NCBI RefSeq assembly: GCF_964204645.1
Contig: NC_134032.1
Span: 4,798,175-4,862,174, forward strand
Origin: Tubulanus polymorphus
Lineage: Eukaryota > Animalia > Nemertea
Reading direction: 5' to 3'
DNA: 64,000 bases
Made by a program: the position numbers and the translations under genes. Positions 62,957-64,000 of this stretch are shown here, piece by piece. Every line of letters starts with the position of its first letter. Position 1 is the first letter of the stretch. The notes under the pieces were generated by a model. That model was not told the DNA's origin. It searched no databases and worked only from the letters and a program-made list of their open reading frames with translations.

Positions 62957-63960
62957 TTTGTATAAATCAGATTTTAGGCAAAATATTGTCAAATCAAATT
63001 CAATGGAAGAAGTAGGTATTTTGAGCAACCACACGCGTAATTCATCAAATATCTATTTTCAGGTGATACCTGTTGCAGTGATCGGAAAGAATGGTCGCAC
63101 CGTCGCCACTCATGCGTTGCTGGATTCAGCTCTTGACATTAGCCTCATCAACGATGAATTAGCTCAAGAATTGGGTTTAAAGGGTAAGAAGCAAAGCCTT
63201 ACCATTAATACCCTGTCAACGAGCGTTACTGAAAACTCTCAATGTGTGTCGTTTAAACTGAGGGCTTTGAATGCTCCATGTACTAAATCTGATATACTAG
63301 TAGTGGGATCGGCGTATACAAAATCTGGTTCATTTCGATGCCAAACTCAGAATAAGGCTCTTTGTCAATCACAATTTAAACATTTGGAAGATTTGCCAAT
63401 TGCAGACGTCAATCGAAGTGAAGTAAAGATTTTAATTGGCGCTAATAATCCCCGTGCACATGTTCAGCTTGAAATTCGGGAAGGGCTCTCCGATCAACAA
63501 CCAGTGGGGATTCGAACCCCCCTAGGCTGGTGTATTTTGGGTTCATCATCGCTTTTGCTTACTGATTCATGTCAGACCATCGTAAACAATACTGACTCTG
63601 AAGAGTCATCTCTTGATAATTTAGTTGAACGTTTCTGAGTCATTTGGTGTGGCTTTTAAGGAGTCTAAAGGGTCTATCGATGATCAAAGGTGTGAAAAAA
63701 TTCTAAAAGAATCTACAAAACTCGTTGAGGGTCATTATGAAATAGGCATGTTATGGAAATCAGATGATTCTGTTTTTCCTGATGGTAGGAATTTGGCGTT
63801 AAGTCGATATAGAAATTAAGAGCGTAGGTTGAAAGGTTCCGAGGGTATGCTTCTAAGTTAACGGAGAGTGTGTTAGCGTTTTCAGGGTCACGGATTTGGT
63901 ATATTCCTCATCATTGTGTGCTGAACCTGAACAAACCAGGGAAAGTTCGAGTGGTTTTTG

Positions 63961-63994
<34 letters not shown>

Positions 63995-64000
63995 GCTATA
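62957..64000 (+). pseudogene. BEL/Pao pol remnant (aspartic protease and start of RT), right part of the interrupted element
   Basis: [56 protein letters not shown]. Confidence 0.85.

Overview
AT-rich eukaryotic DNA, probably from an invertebrate animal, made almost entirely of nested mobile elements plus one intact host gene (a single-exon rhodopsin-like peptide GPCR, 9630-10574 minus). From left to right: (1) an 8.7-kb foldback-like element (514-9225) carries a TIR transposon with two convergent spliced genes, one with a RAG1-N-terminal/Chapa-like zinc finger. (2) Penelope-type repeats carry minimal hammerhead ribozymes. (3) A 17-kb EnSpm/CACTA transposon (16975-34052, TA TSD) contains a full-length BEL/Pao LTR retrotransposon (22197-29327). 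(4) A complete 20.7-kb Polinton/Maverick-type endogenous virus (42290-62956, 93-bp TIRs, TTTGTA TSD) sits inside a second BEL element, and its integrase is interrupted by a Chapaev-like element. The Polinton is the most notable feature. Its protein-primed PolB carries a ~352-aa LAGLIDADG intein at the catalytic YxD/TD site, it encodes a poxvirus VLTF3-like late transcription factor, nearly all its genes start with a T-tract plus TAAATG motif, and I could find no maturation protease. Together these suggest a virophage-like element tied to a large DNA virus (inference). Most element ORFs carry frameshifts or stops. All calls are by eye, without database searches.
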